NCBI GenBank assembly: GCA_009103225.1
Contig: RHPI01003156.1
Span: 37,342 to 101,341, forward strand
Source of the DNA: Chlorokybus atmophyticus
Lineage: Eukaryota; Plantae; Mesostigma and Chlorokybus algae
DNA length: 64,000 bases
Direction of reading: 5' to 3'
Part shown: in pieces, positions 29,894-43,789 of the stretch
How positions within the stretch are numbered: position 1 is the first letter of the stretch
Layout: every line of letters starts with the position of its first letter
Notes under the pieces: model-generated
Told to the model about the DNA's origin: nothing
Databases searched by the model: none
The model's input: the letters and a program-made list of their open reading frames with translations, nothing else
Program-made: the position numbers and the translations under genes

Positions 29894-32038
29894 ATGAAGG
29901 CGAGGCGGGTGGGGTTAGACGCCTCCCGTCCCATCGTGAGGTACAGCGTGGCCTCTGCTGTGAAGAAGGGCGAGGACCAGTACGTCGCCCACGCCAAGTG
30001 CTACGGGCCCAGGAGCGACGGTTCTAGCATCGAGGACTATCCCTTTTGCTGCTTTGCGGTGAGTGCACGTTCGTGTATGCATACGACGTTGTGGGGTGTG
30101 CTCTTGGGCTGATGAAGTGGGAGGTAGTTCTAGTTCTTTGTTGAAGTTCAGTGTTGTTGTTACTAGTAGCTCTCACTCTAATGTGCGAACTCTGTGGACA
30201 GCTAAGCTAGCCCNNNNNNNNNNNNNNNNNNNNNNNNNNNNNNNNNNNNNNNNNNNNNNNNNNNNNNNNNNNNNNNNNNNNNNNNNNNNNNNNNNNNNNN
30301 NNNNNNNNNNNNNNNNNNNNNNNNNNNNNNNNNNNNNNNNNNNNNNNNNNNNNNNNNNNNNNNNNNNNNNNNNNNNNNNNNNNNNNNNNNNNNNNNNNNN
30401 NNNNNNNNNNNNNNNNNNNNNNNNNNNNNNNNNNNNNNCCCCTTTATTACAATCTTGGTGTATGCTGGTGGGTTCTTTGCCCAACTGTGCGCACATGCAG
30501 CATGTGCATGCCAGCAGAAGCTGTACCTTTATCCCTCTGTTGTGGCTCATGTTTGCAGTGTTATCGTGGGCAGGTGTTTGATGGTCATGGGGGCAGACAA
30601 GCAGCGGAGTTTTGCACCGATGCGCTTGTTGACAACATCATGGGCAGCGTCGCCCTCAACAAGCCCTTTGAGGATGCGGTGCAAGCCGCTGTTGACATTG
30701 GTTTCCGGCGTACGCACGCAGAGTTTAAAGCACGCTGTAAGTGTTCATACACATGTTTCAACATATCCAAGCACTTGTATAGTGCATGGAAGCACCCGCG
30801 CACACGCATGCTGGCACAAGCAAGCACGCATGCGCGCAGCCGTGCACATGCAGGCAGGCGCACAGGCACAGGCACAGGCACACATGGATGTATGCATCAG
30901 ACAGACATACTCGCATGCACCCAGGCGCACGCACGCAGGCATGATGCTGGCTGCGCTCAACTGAGACATGCATTGACAGGCGAGCCTTCTGGCACCACTG
31001 CAACGATGGTCATAGTTGACGGTTGGACGGTAACTGTTGGGTGGGTTGGGGATTCACGAGCTATCTTGGTGCACGAAGACAGTGTGGATGAGCTCACTAC
31101 CGATCATCGACTGGAGGACCACCCCGCTGAGCGCCAGCGCTGTGTATCTGCTGGGGCAATGCTCGAGCGGCTGCATACACCAAATGGTAGTGAGGTGAGC
31201 CACTCGCACCATCAAGTGGTGCAGACAGTACATGCATGCGTAGTGCTTATGTGTGCATGTTCTGACTTATACCATTCTATAGGTTGGACCGTTGCGCGCG
31301 TGGCCCGGGGGCTTATGTTTATCGCGGTCGATTGGAGATGTGGACACAGGGCCCGCAATCATAGCAAAGCCGGAAGTGCGGCAGATTAGGCTACCTGCGT
31401 GTGGAGGCCGCATTATTGTTGCCACAGACGGGTTGTGGGATTTCTGTACAAATAAGAAGGTGGCACGCGTAGCAAGGCACAAGACAACCAACGAAGCTGC
31501 ACCACGCATAGTGAAGGAAGTAAGTCCCAGCACACGCCCTTGCTGCTTGTGTGAGTGGGTGCATATACTGGCGTGAGCAGCTGCTGATGAAGTGAATCAT
31601 TCACAGGTATTGAGTACGGCCGGATTGAAGGATGACATCACGGTGATGGTCGTTGACGTGTTCCCCCCGCTCCACCCCGCAGCCCGTACTGCCGATGCAC
31701 CTCTCTTTAGGAGGCAACCAAGCAGGCTGCAGAGAGCGCTGAGCTTCAACTCCGGCAAACAAGTCCCTGCTGGTTTCACTGAGGAGGACTATGCACCTTA
31801 CAGTGATGCAGAGACCAGCATTGAGTCCAATGATGGGTTCGTACAGGACCGCCTTCTACATGTGGGTTCCGTGTGGTGCTCCGAATGTAAAGCATACACT
31901 GTTCATGCGGACGCTGGCGTGTTGGTACGAGTATCTTCCCGCCGCCCGCTCTCTTGCCCAAACCATGGCTATCAGCGCGCGGACGGTCTGCCTCCTTCCC
32001 AAGTGGTCGGCTCGCAGCTGGGAGTGGCATCTGCCTGA
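29894..32038 (+). CDS. Spliced gene: PP2C (PPM) protein phosphatase
   Basis: KKGED, FA|VFDGHGG, SGTTAT, VGDSRA, LTTDHR, LSRSIGD, ATDGLWD and KDDITVMVVD. Intron 1 contains an N-gap. Confidence 0.93.
30214..30438. other. Assembly gap (N run) in PP2C intron 1
   Basis: 225 N bases. Confidence 0.99.
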
Positions 32039-32946
32039 GTAAGTAGCGCTGAAACAGCAAACAACAAGATACACATCTAGCAGCGTGGCTGCAATGGCAT
32101 TCTGGAGGATGGGCGTAGCTGCATTACTGTTGCTCTGGGAGCCAGCTGTCACATAATGTACACGAGATATGTAGTAAGTAGCTAAGCGGTGCAGCGTAGA
32201 TCACCTTCGATCCGCTGCTTACAGTAAAAGTCTGTAACTATGTACAGCCACGAGAGTAGCTTGAACTGTAGGTTACGTTGTTGTGAAGGGATTGTGAAGA
32301 GTGAACAATTGGACATGATGTGCTCGGTTTATTGTGTTCTTGATCCTGCTACATGCTGCCCAGTAAGTGTGTAGCTGTGTAAAGTCATGAGAGATCAGCT
32401 TGCACAATCAGTCACTGTGCCATGAAGGGGATGCGACGTGTAAACAAGTAGACGTGATATACCCAGTATGTCATGTGCTCAGTGGCGCCGCATTCATCAA
32501 CACAACATCATGCCTTATTGCTCGCTGTCGGTAGCTTGGTTATTCGCCTAATGACCAAGCAGTTGTATGCAATACACATCTGCGCACCTTCATTGCTGTG
32601 CAATTATTGTGGTGATGCTTGCAAAGTCTTTCTGTTGACCAATCTGATAAATAGCGGCAACAAGACTTACCACATGACATCGGTTTAGACATGATGGTTC
32701 CGATATGTCGGGAAGCTTGCAGCACTGAACTGCAGCAGTCTCCAACATGCACTTGCAGTATGACAACAAAACATCAAATGCAAGATGGTGCTGTCAAGTG
32801 TACCACAGAAGCCTACACTTGTGTGCAAGGCATTCATTGCATGTCTACAATAGTCTTGGAGATTTATGTACACGCTCAAACGCTCATACGCAATGTTTGA
32901 AAAGATCCTTGGCGTTGCTTAATTCAGTACACCTAGAGACTAGAGA

Positions 32947-34072
32947 TTAGCTGAGGCATAGTACAGCTTGCACCTCACCACACACCGCGGCGATACCCGC
33001 CACACTTTTCGTCGAGTGCAATGTGTGCCATGGGGGCTTGATCAACTGCCCCACATATACATTGTCAACATATGTTGAACCATGAGGAATGCACACTGAG
33101 ACTGAGAAACAAAAACCACAACACGAAGCAAAGCTAGCATTTGGCTGCGTGCTCTTCAGCAAGTGAGCATACGCATGCCACGAGCACAGCCCCAACAAGC
33201 AACACGCAGTGCTGTGGAGGTGTGCAGGATGCGGAATACATGCATGTAAACCACCAGCACACACCATGTTTGATACATGCGACCACGCACACCCTATGCA
33301 GGTGTGCATGTACCTTAGCTGTGAGTTGAGCGCATTCATGGCAGCCCGTGCGGCAGCTGAGTGCGCAACCGCTGCGGAGGTTGCCTGCAGGTTGTCCTGA
33401 GCAAAATCCGCCTGGGCGTCATCAACACCGCTGCTGTTGCTCGCTCCATCCACCTCGCCGGATTGTTCAGCGCTGGGCTGCGCTTGCTCAAGCTGCTGCC
33501 TCTGCTGCTGCTGCTGCTGCTGCTGGTCACACCCCAAGCTCTGCGCAGCAGCTTCGCCTTGCATTGAGTCCGCACCGTTTGGCTGGGCAGCCGAGCTGTC
33601 AGCCTGCAAGAGTAACTTGAGCCACAGCAGCTGTTGCACTTGCAACACATCTTGTTGCTCACGTTGTGCGTGCATTTGCCAATACGCTAGATCAATCCTC
33701 GGGAAGCAAACAGTACGTGACACACACCAGCGGCAGGTAGGCCATGATCTTGCATGCAACATAGCAAAGCCAGCAAACACAGCTGCTGGCAGATGGGCAT
33801 GACTGCTCTGTGCATATTGAAAGCAACAACATGCTCTGACCGCAACGCCGAACATTGACATATGCAACATGCTCTGATCGAGCACAGAGACGCGCAGACG
33901 CAGAAACGTTGCGAATAGGCACAGCGCATGCAAACACCCTGCATATGCATGCGCTGAGCTAAGGAACCTGTTGCTGGCCAGAGGTCTCCGCCTTGCTCTG
34001 TTCAGGTCTGAATAGGGCGGCGCCAGCAGCAGCCACGGCGCCCGCTGCCGCCGCCGCCGCCCCCTTGTCCAT
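32947..34072 (-). CDS. Hypothetical spliced gene, Ala/Gln-rich, no recognisable domain
   Basis: Exon-like segments MDKGAAAAAAGAVAAAGAALFRPEQSKAETSGQQQ| and ...AQREQQDVLQVQQLLWLKLLLQADSSAAQ...AAMNALNSQLR| with GT donors, arranged head-to-head with CstF-77. Boundaries are uncertain. Confidence 0.35.
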
Positions 34073-34479
34073 GCTCTCCACCCTGCCAGCAACAGCACGG
34101 GTATCGCAATGCTAAAGTAGTATCTCGCCAGATACTGTAGATACAAACATGCGGCGTCAGCAATGCATGCCAACTTCTCAAACGGCAATTGTAACGTCGC
34201 CGCTCAGTTAAACCGCAGTCAAAAGCAAATGTGGATCTGTGTCGGAGATTTTTTATGCCGCAGGTGGATGAGTCCGATGGTTTTGAGGCCACATATTGAG
34301 GCCGTCAACCAACGGCCGTAAGTCGTTCAACACCGTCAATGGACGGTGTCACAGCCGGCAAACGGTCCAAGATTTGCGGCTTGTCCGGTGATGTGTGAAT
34401 TTGGGTATGGGCGCAGTGGTTGATTCATCATTGAGGGAAACTACAGCTCGCGCAACGCAATTGAGGGAATTGTATACGA

Positions 34480-34488
34480 TTAGGGTTT
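34480..34488 (-). promoter_or_regulatory. Possible telo-box (AAACCCTAA) upstream of CstF-77
   Basis: TTAGGGTTT about 180 bp upstream of the inferred ATG. Plant telo-boxes are known in promoters of RNA-processing and translation genes. A motif this short could be chance. Confidence 0.3.
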
Positions 34489-34667
34489 TGGGCGGCGGCA
34501 TGGGCGGCAGCGGTGGTGGCCTGGGCATAGGCGTGCGTGTCGAGGGAGGCGGGCTTGGTCGTGATGATTGCAAATGCGGCGGGTCTTGGTACAAACGCGA
34601 ATGAGTTAGGGCTGACGTGGCCTCCAGTAACAGCCCTGCCCTGGAGCGCAAGCCCTAGTGTGTGAGG

Positions 34668-37600
34668 ATGGAGTGGGGGGCGGTGGGCAACCGGGACAGC
34701 TGGGATGGTGAGACCAGCGCTGCCGCCGCCGCAGGCACCGCGGGCACCGTCAGGATCCCTGTGTCTGCCGACCCCGCCGAGTCCGCTTGTGCAGCTGCCC
34801 TGCCACCGCATTACGCCCTTCCACTAGGTAACTGTGGCTCGTTGCTTGTGCAATATCTTGCTCCTCGGTTTCAACCTTTGCTAACGTGAGTACAAAATAG
34901 TAGAACTGTCTTTATGATGTGCTCGTGCGCTGGCACGCAAGTAGGTGCACGCAGTAGGTAGGTTCGTCTTCATAATCTAAGAAGTTAACAATCTACAGCA
35001 ATGCTAGGGTTTTTGACTTACGTAAGCGCATAGTGCGTTTGGATTACAGTGTGCAGACACAGCACCATTAACAATGCCACCTCAACAGTGCTGTAATAGT
35101 GCACCTGACGTGCATTGCCGTGGCATGTACAACAAACAATCCGCAATGCTGCTTTGTGGGTGTCGCCTGAGGCAAAGATTGGCTTCCACCACACATGCAG
35201 TCATATCACAAACAGCATGTCACCGCAGCAGTGCTGTGGCTGTCATATTGCACCTGACGTGCATGGTCGTGGCATACACGACACAATCTGAAGTGCTGCG
35301 CTGTCGATGGCGCCTGAAGCAGAAATCAGCTTCCAGCTCACAGACACTTTGCAGGCCTAGGCCTTGCTCAATGTAACTGACAGTCACCTGCGTGTGGCCT
35401 TTGAGTAACGTTTGCATGCATAGCGGTTTGGCAGGCTACCTTCTCTACGTGAACGTTTCTGCTTGCATCGTATGTGCAAAACAGCGCCCTATGCCATGCT
35501 TGCAGTATTGACAGCATGTTTGTCTGGCAGTGACATGTCATTTTGTGCTGGTCGGTCAAGCATGTATTTCTAGCACCGCTAAAGTGCACCAACTCACAGC
35601 GTCATGTATCGTACACTCAGAAGAAGTGCAAGAGCGACTAGAAGACAATGCTGGAGGCACGGGATCAGCAGCTGGAACACGTCCCTTGGAAGATCAAGAC
35701 ATGTCTGGAGGAGCTTCGTATGGTGGAGGCACGCCTACTTCGTCCAATGCACTGCCTGTGAGTGTTCCCTCGCCCATACGTGCTAGGAGCAAACCAGAGA
35801 GTGTCGCGGCCACCGCTGCAGACAACAATATGACCGCTGCTGACAACGCTGAAGCTGATGTCCAAAGTGCTCCCAAGGTTTGAACACTCCTTGGCGCTGT
35901 TTGCGCTGTCATGCCAGTTGCTGGCTTGCTTGGCTCTGTCCTGAGGTGACGTCAATATTCCCTGTGCACTACACAAACGTGCATTCTGAAAATGGTGCAC
36001 TGAGGTACCCTCATGTATGTCTTTTTATGACAATGGCGGGTGTCTGCTTTAGTCTTTTCATCTATCCGGCCTGGGCGCAGACTGCATGCTTGTTGCTCAA
36101 TGCCAAGTCAGCTGGGTGCTTACCGTTTAGTTGCACAGCGACACTGACATGCAATTACCATTCCCGTTGCCTCGTCCATTGGTATTAAGCTGAACAGGCA
36201 TTGCCTGACTACTCGCAACTCTGCACTGACTGATCGTTGCTGGTGTAGGCACACACAGTAACTCCAGATGATGTGGAGGACGACACGCAAGCTGAAATAG
36301 TGGGCCCGGCCATACCTCGCCTTGCAGGCAAGCTGAGGGTGCTGATTGTCTGCACAAACATATGCGCTTCTTGGTGTCCTCCTTCACGGCGTTTCTGGTG
36401 CAGCCGTGACAGGAGCTACACGCATACCCTTATCCATGGACACAGTTGAGGGTCAGGATGCAGAAGACCAGGAGGGCAGCAGGTGTGCTGTGATTAACAA
36501 TGTCAGTGCTGGAACAGCTAGTAAAAGCAATAGCGGTGGTGGCGTGGAGTCACAGGTCAGTCTTGTTGCGGCTGTTGTCAAAACATGTCGGCATGCACAT
36601 GTCAACACGATGGCAATGTCATACTCAGGGGAGTGGCAGTCCAATTGCTCGTGACAGCCCAACCACCAGTGTGAATGCAACATCCAATTCCAAGGAAGTG
36701 TTCACAGGTACGATGCTGTTATCGATAATCTTGACCAGCGCTGATGTAATGATTCCATATCCAGCGTGCTGATTGAATGCTTGATGTTGCAGATCATGAC
36801 TCCATGGTCGCAGCGACGGATTCAGTTGCTGCTACCACAACAATAGCTCCTGTTGCACCTGTACCACCTTCTGTGAGTCCTTCTGGGGGTTCCAATCAGG
36901 CACCTGTTGCCAGTCCCAATGTTCCAGGCGAGGGAGGGAGTGGTCCAGACCAGGATGCACCGTCCTTAGTCGGTGAAAGCTTACCAACCGTCCCGACAGT
37001 GAGTGAACCGGCTTCGGAATCTGCACAGAACAGAAGCGCAGGGCCAGTAGCTGATAGAGCCGCAGGGGAGAGGAAGTTGTCTCCGTCCCCTGTGCTTGCA
37101 CCGGTATATCCTCCCACAGATGGGCCAATAAACCTGCAACTCCCATTGAAGAGGTCGGATCAATTGGAACGAGCTCGCGCCAGGGTAGTTGCAGACAAGT
37201 TTGACATAGAAGCTTGGGTGTTCGTTTTGCAAGAGGCTACAGGGTGGCGGATTGATGATGCACGCCCTGTGTATGAGCAACTATTTCTTGTGTTTCCTAC
37301 CGCTGGGAGGTATTGGAAGCAGTATGTTGAGGCGGAGATGGCTGCGAACAACCGAGAAGTTGTCAAGACGATCTTCAGCAGGTGTCTCCTTGTTTGCCCC
37401 TACCTTGAGCTCTGGAGGGCATACCTTCGCTTTGTCCGGCAGGTAGCACTCACATGGTTGATTGTGACTATGCTTCCTACTTGTCCACCACTAGAAAAAG
37501 CAAGGCTATGTACAGGCCACAGATGACACTGCAGAAATACGGAGGACATATGAATTCACCTTGGACCATATTGGAGTGGACGTTGCCTCTCTTGTAGTAT

Positions 37601-40600
37601 GGTCAGAGTACATATCTTTTCTGAAAGGTGTCAAGGTGCGGCCAGTTGCACATGTTGAAATGCCTGTCTTTGTTGTATCAGCAACCTGGAGTTGAGCAGG
37701 TGACGACACCGGCGGAGGAGTCCAGCAGGATGACATCGATAAGGCGAGTGTATCAACGAGCTGTGGTCCTACCTATCCAGGGTGTGGAGGCCATTTGGAA
37801 AGAGTGGGAAGCATATGAGAGCAGTCTCAATAAAGCCCTAGCCAAAGGCCTACTCAACGAGTACCAGCCCAGACATCAAGCTGCCAAGGCTGTACTCAGG
37901 GAACGCAGGAAATTATATGACTCTGTACAACTCACCACGCTCGCTGCCCCGCCTCGTGGTACTCCCAAGGTCTGCCCTGGGCACTGGCGTCTTATTGCGT
38001 TCGTTGAACAGAGTTTGGGCAGGCGGCAACCTTGACTGCAACTGCCACTTGCATGAAAGTTAGTTGAACCATGGGGGTGTGCAGGAAGAGCAGCAGAGGC
38101 AAGCTTGGCACTCCCTTTTGACGTATGAAAGCAGTAACCCCCAGCGTTTGGAGCCTTCTGCGTTAGTGCAGGTACCCATTCCTACTGGAGTTGTGCGGTG
38201 CCCTGATGACTGTGCTGACCTCATGTTATTGGTGCTCATGCAGAGAGTTGCTTTTGCATACGATCAGTGTTTGATGGTGTTCTACCATCATCCCGATGTC
38301 TGGCACGACTACGCTACATTTCATGCTCTGGACGAGCGCTATGAGGAGGCTTCTGTTGTCTTTAAAAGAGCCATTACGGCCCTACCCACATGTGAGGTCC
38401 TTTACTATGACCTTGCAGACTTGGAGGAGAGTAGAGGCAACAAGCAGGTTAGGCTCTGGCTGTTCACCTCCTGCCCCAGGTTGTGGTGAGATTGCTCAGA
38501 GCGCTGGTTTGCAGGCAGCGCGCGCTGTGTATGAAGGCATGCTGCAGAGCAACCCATCACCTCTTGTATATATTCAGGTGCAGAATGTGCATGCGATACT
38601 GATGTCAGCTGAGTTGTGCTGCCTTTGCTCCAGCAACGCTCTGCACTCTGTTTTTGCCATGCGGCACACACTGTGCCTACCTGACTAGCTGTCTTGTGTT
38701 GCAGTGGATGCGTTTTCTACGACGTGCTGAAGGCGTAGAAAGCGCACGCAAGGCATTCATTACTGGCCGCAAGTCACCACATTGCAGCTGGCATTTTTAT
38801 CTGGCATCCGCTCAGATGGAGTTGACACAAGACAAAGACCCCAAGGTCTGCAATGCATGTTGTGCAACCGCAAAAGCCTCTGACACTGCTACTAACTTAT
38901 CAAATTATAACAACCGCTCTCCATGTGCGCATTGTTTCCCTCTGTTTTTCTCTACTCTAGAACAGTGTAAAATCGTTCAGGTCCATTATGCTTGCTGTGA
39001 ACTAATGTTGTTTAATGGACAGTTTGTTCCTATGGCAGGTGGCAAGAAATATTTTGGAGTTGGGTTTAAAAAAGTACATAAAAGAGCCGGAGTACGTTTT
39101 ACATTATGTAGAGTTCCTGGTCAACCTGAATGATGACACCAATGCACGTGTCTTGTTTGAGCGCGCGCTCAGTGCGATTGCGATGCCGGCTGCCAGACAA
39201 TTATGGGATCGCTATCTGGCGTATGAGCAAGAACGTGGTGACCTGTCCACCATCAAACAGGCAAGGCTTTTGACAGTACTCGATGACCTTACATGGTGTT
39301 GACAAGTTAGTTCTACAATACTTGTGTGCATGTTGCAGGTGCAACGCAGGCGTCGTGAAGCGTACAGGGAAGCAGATCCATTCTTAAGTAGTGACAGCCT
39401 GGCGTACACGGCTAGGGCGCATAGGTTCCTAGACTTGTGGCCGTGCCCCCCTGCAGACTTGTATCACTTGGCCCGGCGAGATCCGCAGGCCGGCATTCCC
39501 CTCACATCCAGCAAGCCCGCGTCTCAGCCAATCGAGCCAGTTGGGTCCACCAATGGCTTTGCCGAACAGCCCAGAGCTGCACTTCCTCACACACATCCTG
39601 TACAGCAGATGTTAGGTACTGCGCATGCATGGACCACATATGTCGCTTTCATGTCTTATCTGTCCAGCCCCATAGAGCCAAGCAGTTGCTGTTTACAAGA
39701 AGTTGGTTTTGTGAGTGTAGGTGTCATTGCCAGTATTTTCACTTGCTTTGTACCTCAGGTGCACCGCAAGCTAGGCCACAGTCAGTGACTCCGCCGCTCC
39801 CACCCTATCCACCACCTCCCTCAGTCATTCATGGTGTAGCACAGCTAGGTGAGGGCCTTGTCCTTACTTCAAGCAGTCCCTGACTATGATGGCACAATTC
39901 CCCAACACTGTAGCCATCAGCCAGCGCAGCAATGGTGATAGTCAATTACAGTACACAGCAGGGCACTGGATCTTATCAGCTGAGTATGATCGCAGGTGTA
40001 AGGCCAGTAATGCACATACTCCCCCAGCAGCCCCCTCTGCCATTCGCTGTTGCAAACTTTCTTAGGCGTTTGCCGCCTGCGACATCCATGCTAGGTGAGT
40101 GAGCCTGTCAATAAACAAATCTGCTTGCACTTGCGCTGGCGTATTGTGCTCTGCAGACCACAGTGGCAGGCAGCATATGCATGCATGTGCATTGAGGTTC
40201 TGGCATTTTGCGTTGCTCGCTACTGCATGGGACGTCACTGAGACATGATGCTGTACAGGAGTCATCCCAGATGTAGACATTGTGATGAACATCCTTCAGC
40301 AAGCAGATTTGTCACAACTGCAAGAGCCATCTGTTAAAGGTATAGTGCAGCGATGCGATGCGTTTTCAGGTTGCTTGACAAGTTGCGGTCATGGCAAAGC
40401 GCTTGCGGTTGTGCAACAGGTGAACCTACCCACTTCTCAACGATCCCTTCACCAAATCATGGGAAGCGAAAGGCACCGGACACCGCACGTAAGATGATGC
40501 CTGTGCATTGCGCAACAACGATGGAAGTGATGCACCCCATGTCAAACTTGACATTGTGCTGCCAAACAGCAACTGGCCGTTGACGTTGAGACTGCATTCT

Positions 40601-40705
40601 GCAGGTCTACAGGACACCGAGGTGCCCACTGCACCGCGCAGGCCTGTTGCTGATATATTTCGATTACGACAGCAACAGAAAAAGCAGGGCATGGGGACGT
40701 TCTGA
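34668..40705 (+). CDS. CSTF3: Spliced gene: cleavage stimulation factor 77 kDa subunit (HAT repeats) with a long low-complexity N-terminal extension
   Basis: FPTAGRYWKQYVEAEM, IFSRCL, YEFTLDHIG, IRRVYQRAV, LTYESSNPQR, YHHPDVWHDYA, RRAEGVESARKAF, VARNILELGLK, RVLFERAL and C-terminal DIFRLRQQQK. The HAT core starts near 37150; inclusion of exons 34668-36555 is inferred. Confidence 0.9.
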
Positions 40706-43700
40706 CTACTTGTATTATGTCATTGCTGTGTAATGCGCAATGCCGCATGTTATCACTTGCTTGGGTTAGTGCAGAGACTGCCTTGGTTGTGGCAAGCAGC
40801 CAATTGAGTGTTGGCTACTTTCGGCTGGCATCCTGCTTGTAGTTTGACAGTGTCCACTTGCAAGCAGCTTTTATGTTTTGCTTGTTGGAAGCGTGTGGAC
40901 ATGCGGACAAGGACAAAATGCAGCTGAAATCGTGTATGTCCTTGCATGGAGACTCGTGTGGATGCACCCTTATTTGCTTGGCAGAGCTGGTCACACTGCT
41001 GCAATGGTTGAGACATTAACAACTATCATGGTCGTTGCTGGTAAGAGAGGCATTCTCCGACATGCAGGGGCATAACGCAAAATACTGGTTGCCACTACGC
41101 CGCGTATGCGCATGCACGCACGCACACACAAGTGTTGCCCTGTTTCTACTTTTGCAGCGCCGCACTTGATAATGTTTGCTAGTTGTACATTTTGGCAGAG
41201 ATGGATTATGGTGTTTTCGTGTGATGGTGGCTGTTAATAGCCCGAAAGCGATATTGAGGAATCTGTGTTCTTTATTTGGCTATGTTGCAATGTGTGCAAT
41301 TAACTTGTAGCTGCTCGGTATGAAGTTGGTTGCGTTGGACAGACTTTACAGTCGACAAATGCTTGTGATAATGACATTCGGCTTGATGAGTGTAATGCCA
41401 AGCTTTCAAGACGACAAGTGGTTGGCTTTGCATGCGTTGATCGTTGTTGGCGATTGCATAGTACAACGTTATCATATGTCACTTAATGTTTTGCTTACAA
41501 GCACAGTGTGCAACTCGCATTAGTGGTCGACATAAGTAATGCAGTACGTGTGCACACCCATGATCTTCAGGTGGGGGGCTTCGTGCTTGTAATTGCAAGC
41601 ACCATTGTCAATAGCCTAACAAGCAAGCTATTGACAACGGTTGTTCATTGGGACGTGCATGGGTCACGCGCATAATATGTATCCTCTTGTCGATAAAGAT
41701 TGCGAGAATCTCGATCATGTATATGGTATGAGAGATATGCAAGCCGTAACTCGCAGCAAGCCACAAGCATCGACACATGCATAGGGTTTACATCATAGTC
41801 AATGACGTGAACACACGCATGCTCAGTGCGCAGACACACGCACCAAAGACTAGGCACAACAAGCAAGCCAACAATTACCCTCGGAGCCTTTTACCCGTTC
41901 TACACCACACCAAGTGCATTATGTGCTATGCAAGTGTGATGCAGCAGCGAGAGGCAGTAGCAGAAGCTACCAGCGGCTTAACCAACCTGTGAATCACATG
42001 CATGCGAACAAGAAACAAGGCATTTCAACACTACAATTTAACCGGGGGGAAATAGCTTACACACACGCACACACACTATTCTTATCACCCACTAAGCTAT
42101 GAGTAATGCAAGCGCGTGCAGTAGTGTCGGATGGGATGAGTGGGCAAGTGTTCAATGCAGCAGAAGTAGTAAGGGGACAACCTACAGAAGGAGAGGGGCG
42201 TGAGTCCAACTGGTAGGGATAGCATGTGGGAGTGATGTGCCTGTTGTGCGTGTTGTGCTGTGTGCGTGCTGAACCCCGCCGCCCTCAGCTGCCCCCCGCC
42301 GCCACCAGCCACTGCCGCAACACACGACGATACGACGCCGCGCATCCGATTGCTGTCTGTTGGAGATTAGAGGTAGCAATGTTGACCAACCACAGGCTGT
42401 GCATTCATGTGACATGTGAGTTGATTGCAAGCATGTGACTTGACTTTATATGTGCGGCCACAAAGTGCTCCCCGCACTTCATGTTCACCAATTTACCTAG
42501 ACTACATATGTATCGCTGATGATGCTGTCCCATTGTACATGTTATCGTCATACGCCATTGCTCAGTCCCCTGCACACTAGCCAAATTAAGTACAAACCCG
42601 AGCATCCGTACCAATGCTTATTGGCAAATGATTGCTGCATCCCGGCTGGCAGGTTGTATACTCCAAACAAATGTATTTATGTTAAAACCGTTTTGCTCAC
42701 GAATACATTTGCACTTTCGCGTGAAGCGCGCCATGCACGCGAACGATGTGTGCGTAATAAACAGGGCCAACCTTTGTCATCCACTTCATCATAAGCTGCA
42801 ATACATGACCTAACTAACATGCGACCATTGCCTTACTTGATATCGGATTATATATAGGCCAGATGCATCACAATAGCAAGTTAACATAGGCAAGCAACAA
42901 AATCAAGCACACGCTTAGCAATGACTTTATTTTATTTTTGTCTCTGCCAGAATTGCTTTTAACATAAGGGCCTTCCAGCGGCCTAGCGCATGGTTGAAGG
43001 GTGCCATCGCTAACCACTCCTTGGGTTTGTGCATACATGACCATTGTTGCCATGCTCTATTACCGTGCATTTATGCAGGACGCGAGTTAAAAACCCCTAT
43101 CTTTGGTGCTGTTGGTATTGTGCTTTGAAAAACGTTGTGCGTGCGTGCGAATGCATGCTCGCGCGTATATAAGAATGTACATGCATGTGTGCATATGCAC
43201 GTACATGTGCGCGCATGCATGTGCGTGCGCGCACATGTACGCGTGTACGTGTGACTGCTGGTGCGCGTATGCATCAAGCATCTGCAATGCATTGTGCGTT
43301 TCTATGACTGGCCCCAACGTGACTTTAGATCTGGGTTCACGACGTGTATTCCAAAATTTCATATTCAGGTTCATTACAATGCCAGTTACAATATTGTTAA
43401 CAATACATACCATATAAAGACCCACTTTACAGCCGCATTGCCCATATTACATCGCAACTAAGTGAAATGCACAGCAAGGCAACCACTCAACAGTAGATAT
43501 ACCAAGAAGATCAGCTTTTTTAAGAGCTGACATGCACGGCAGTGCTACAAAACCTACAGCGCAAGCGCACGCACAAACACATGCAGATATCCCCACGCCT
43601 CCACACGTAATGGTGGTTACACTGGTGTTCGCTGCTTGAGTTGCTTTCATGCACGTATGTCAGCACCGATGGTATGTGTCATTGCACCAAGGTCTCATAT

Positions 43701-43789
43701 GTGGCTTAAAAAGAAATTTGCCCCCTCATAGCTTCGTAGAGCTTGTAGTAACGTGTAGGCGAAAATGCACTACTGCTGTTGCTGGTAGT

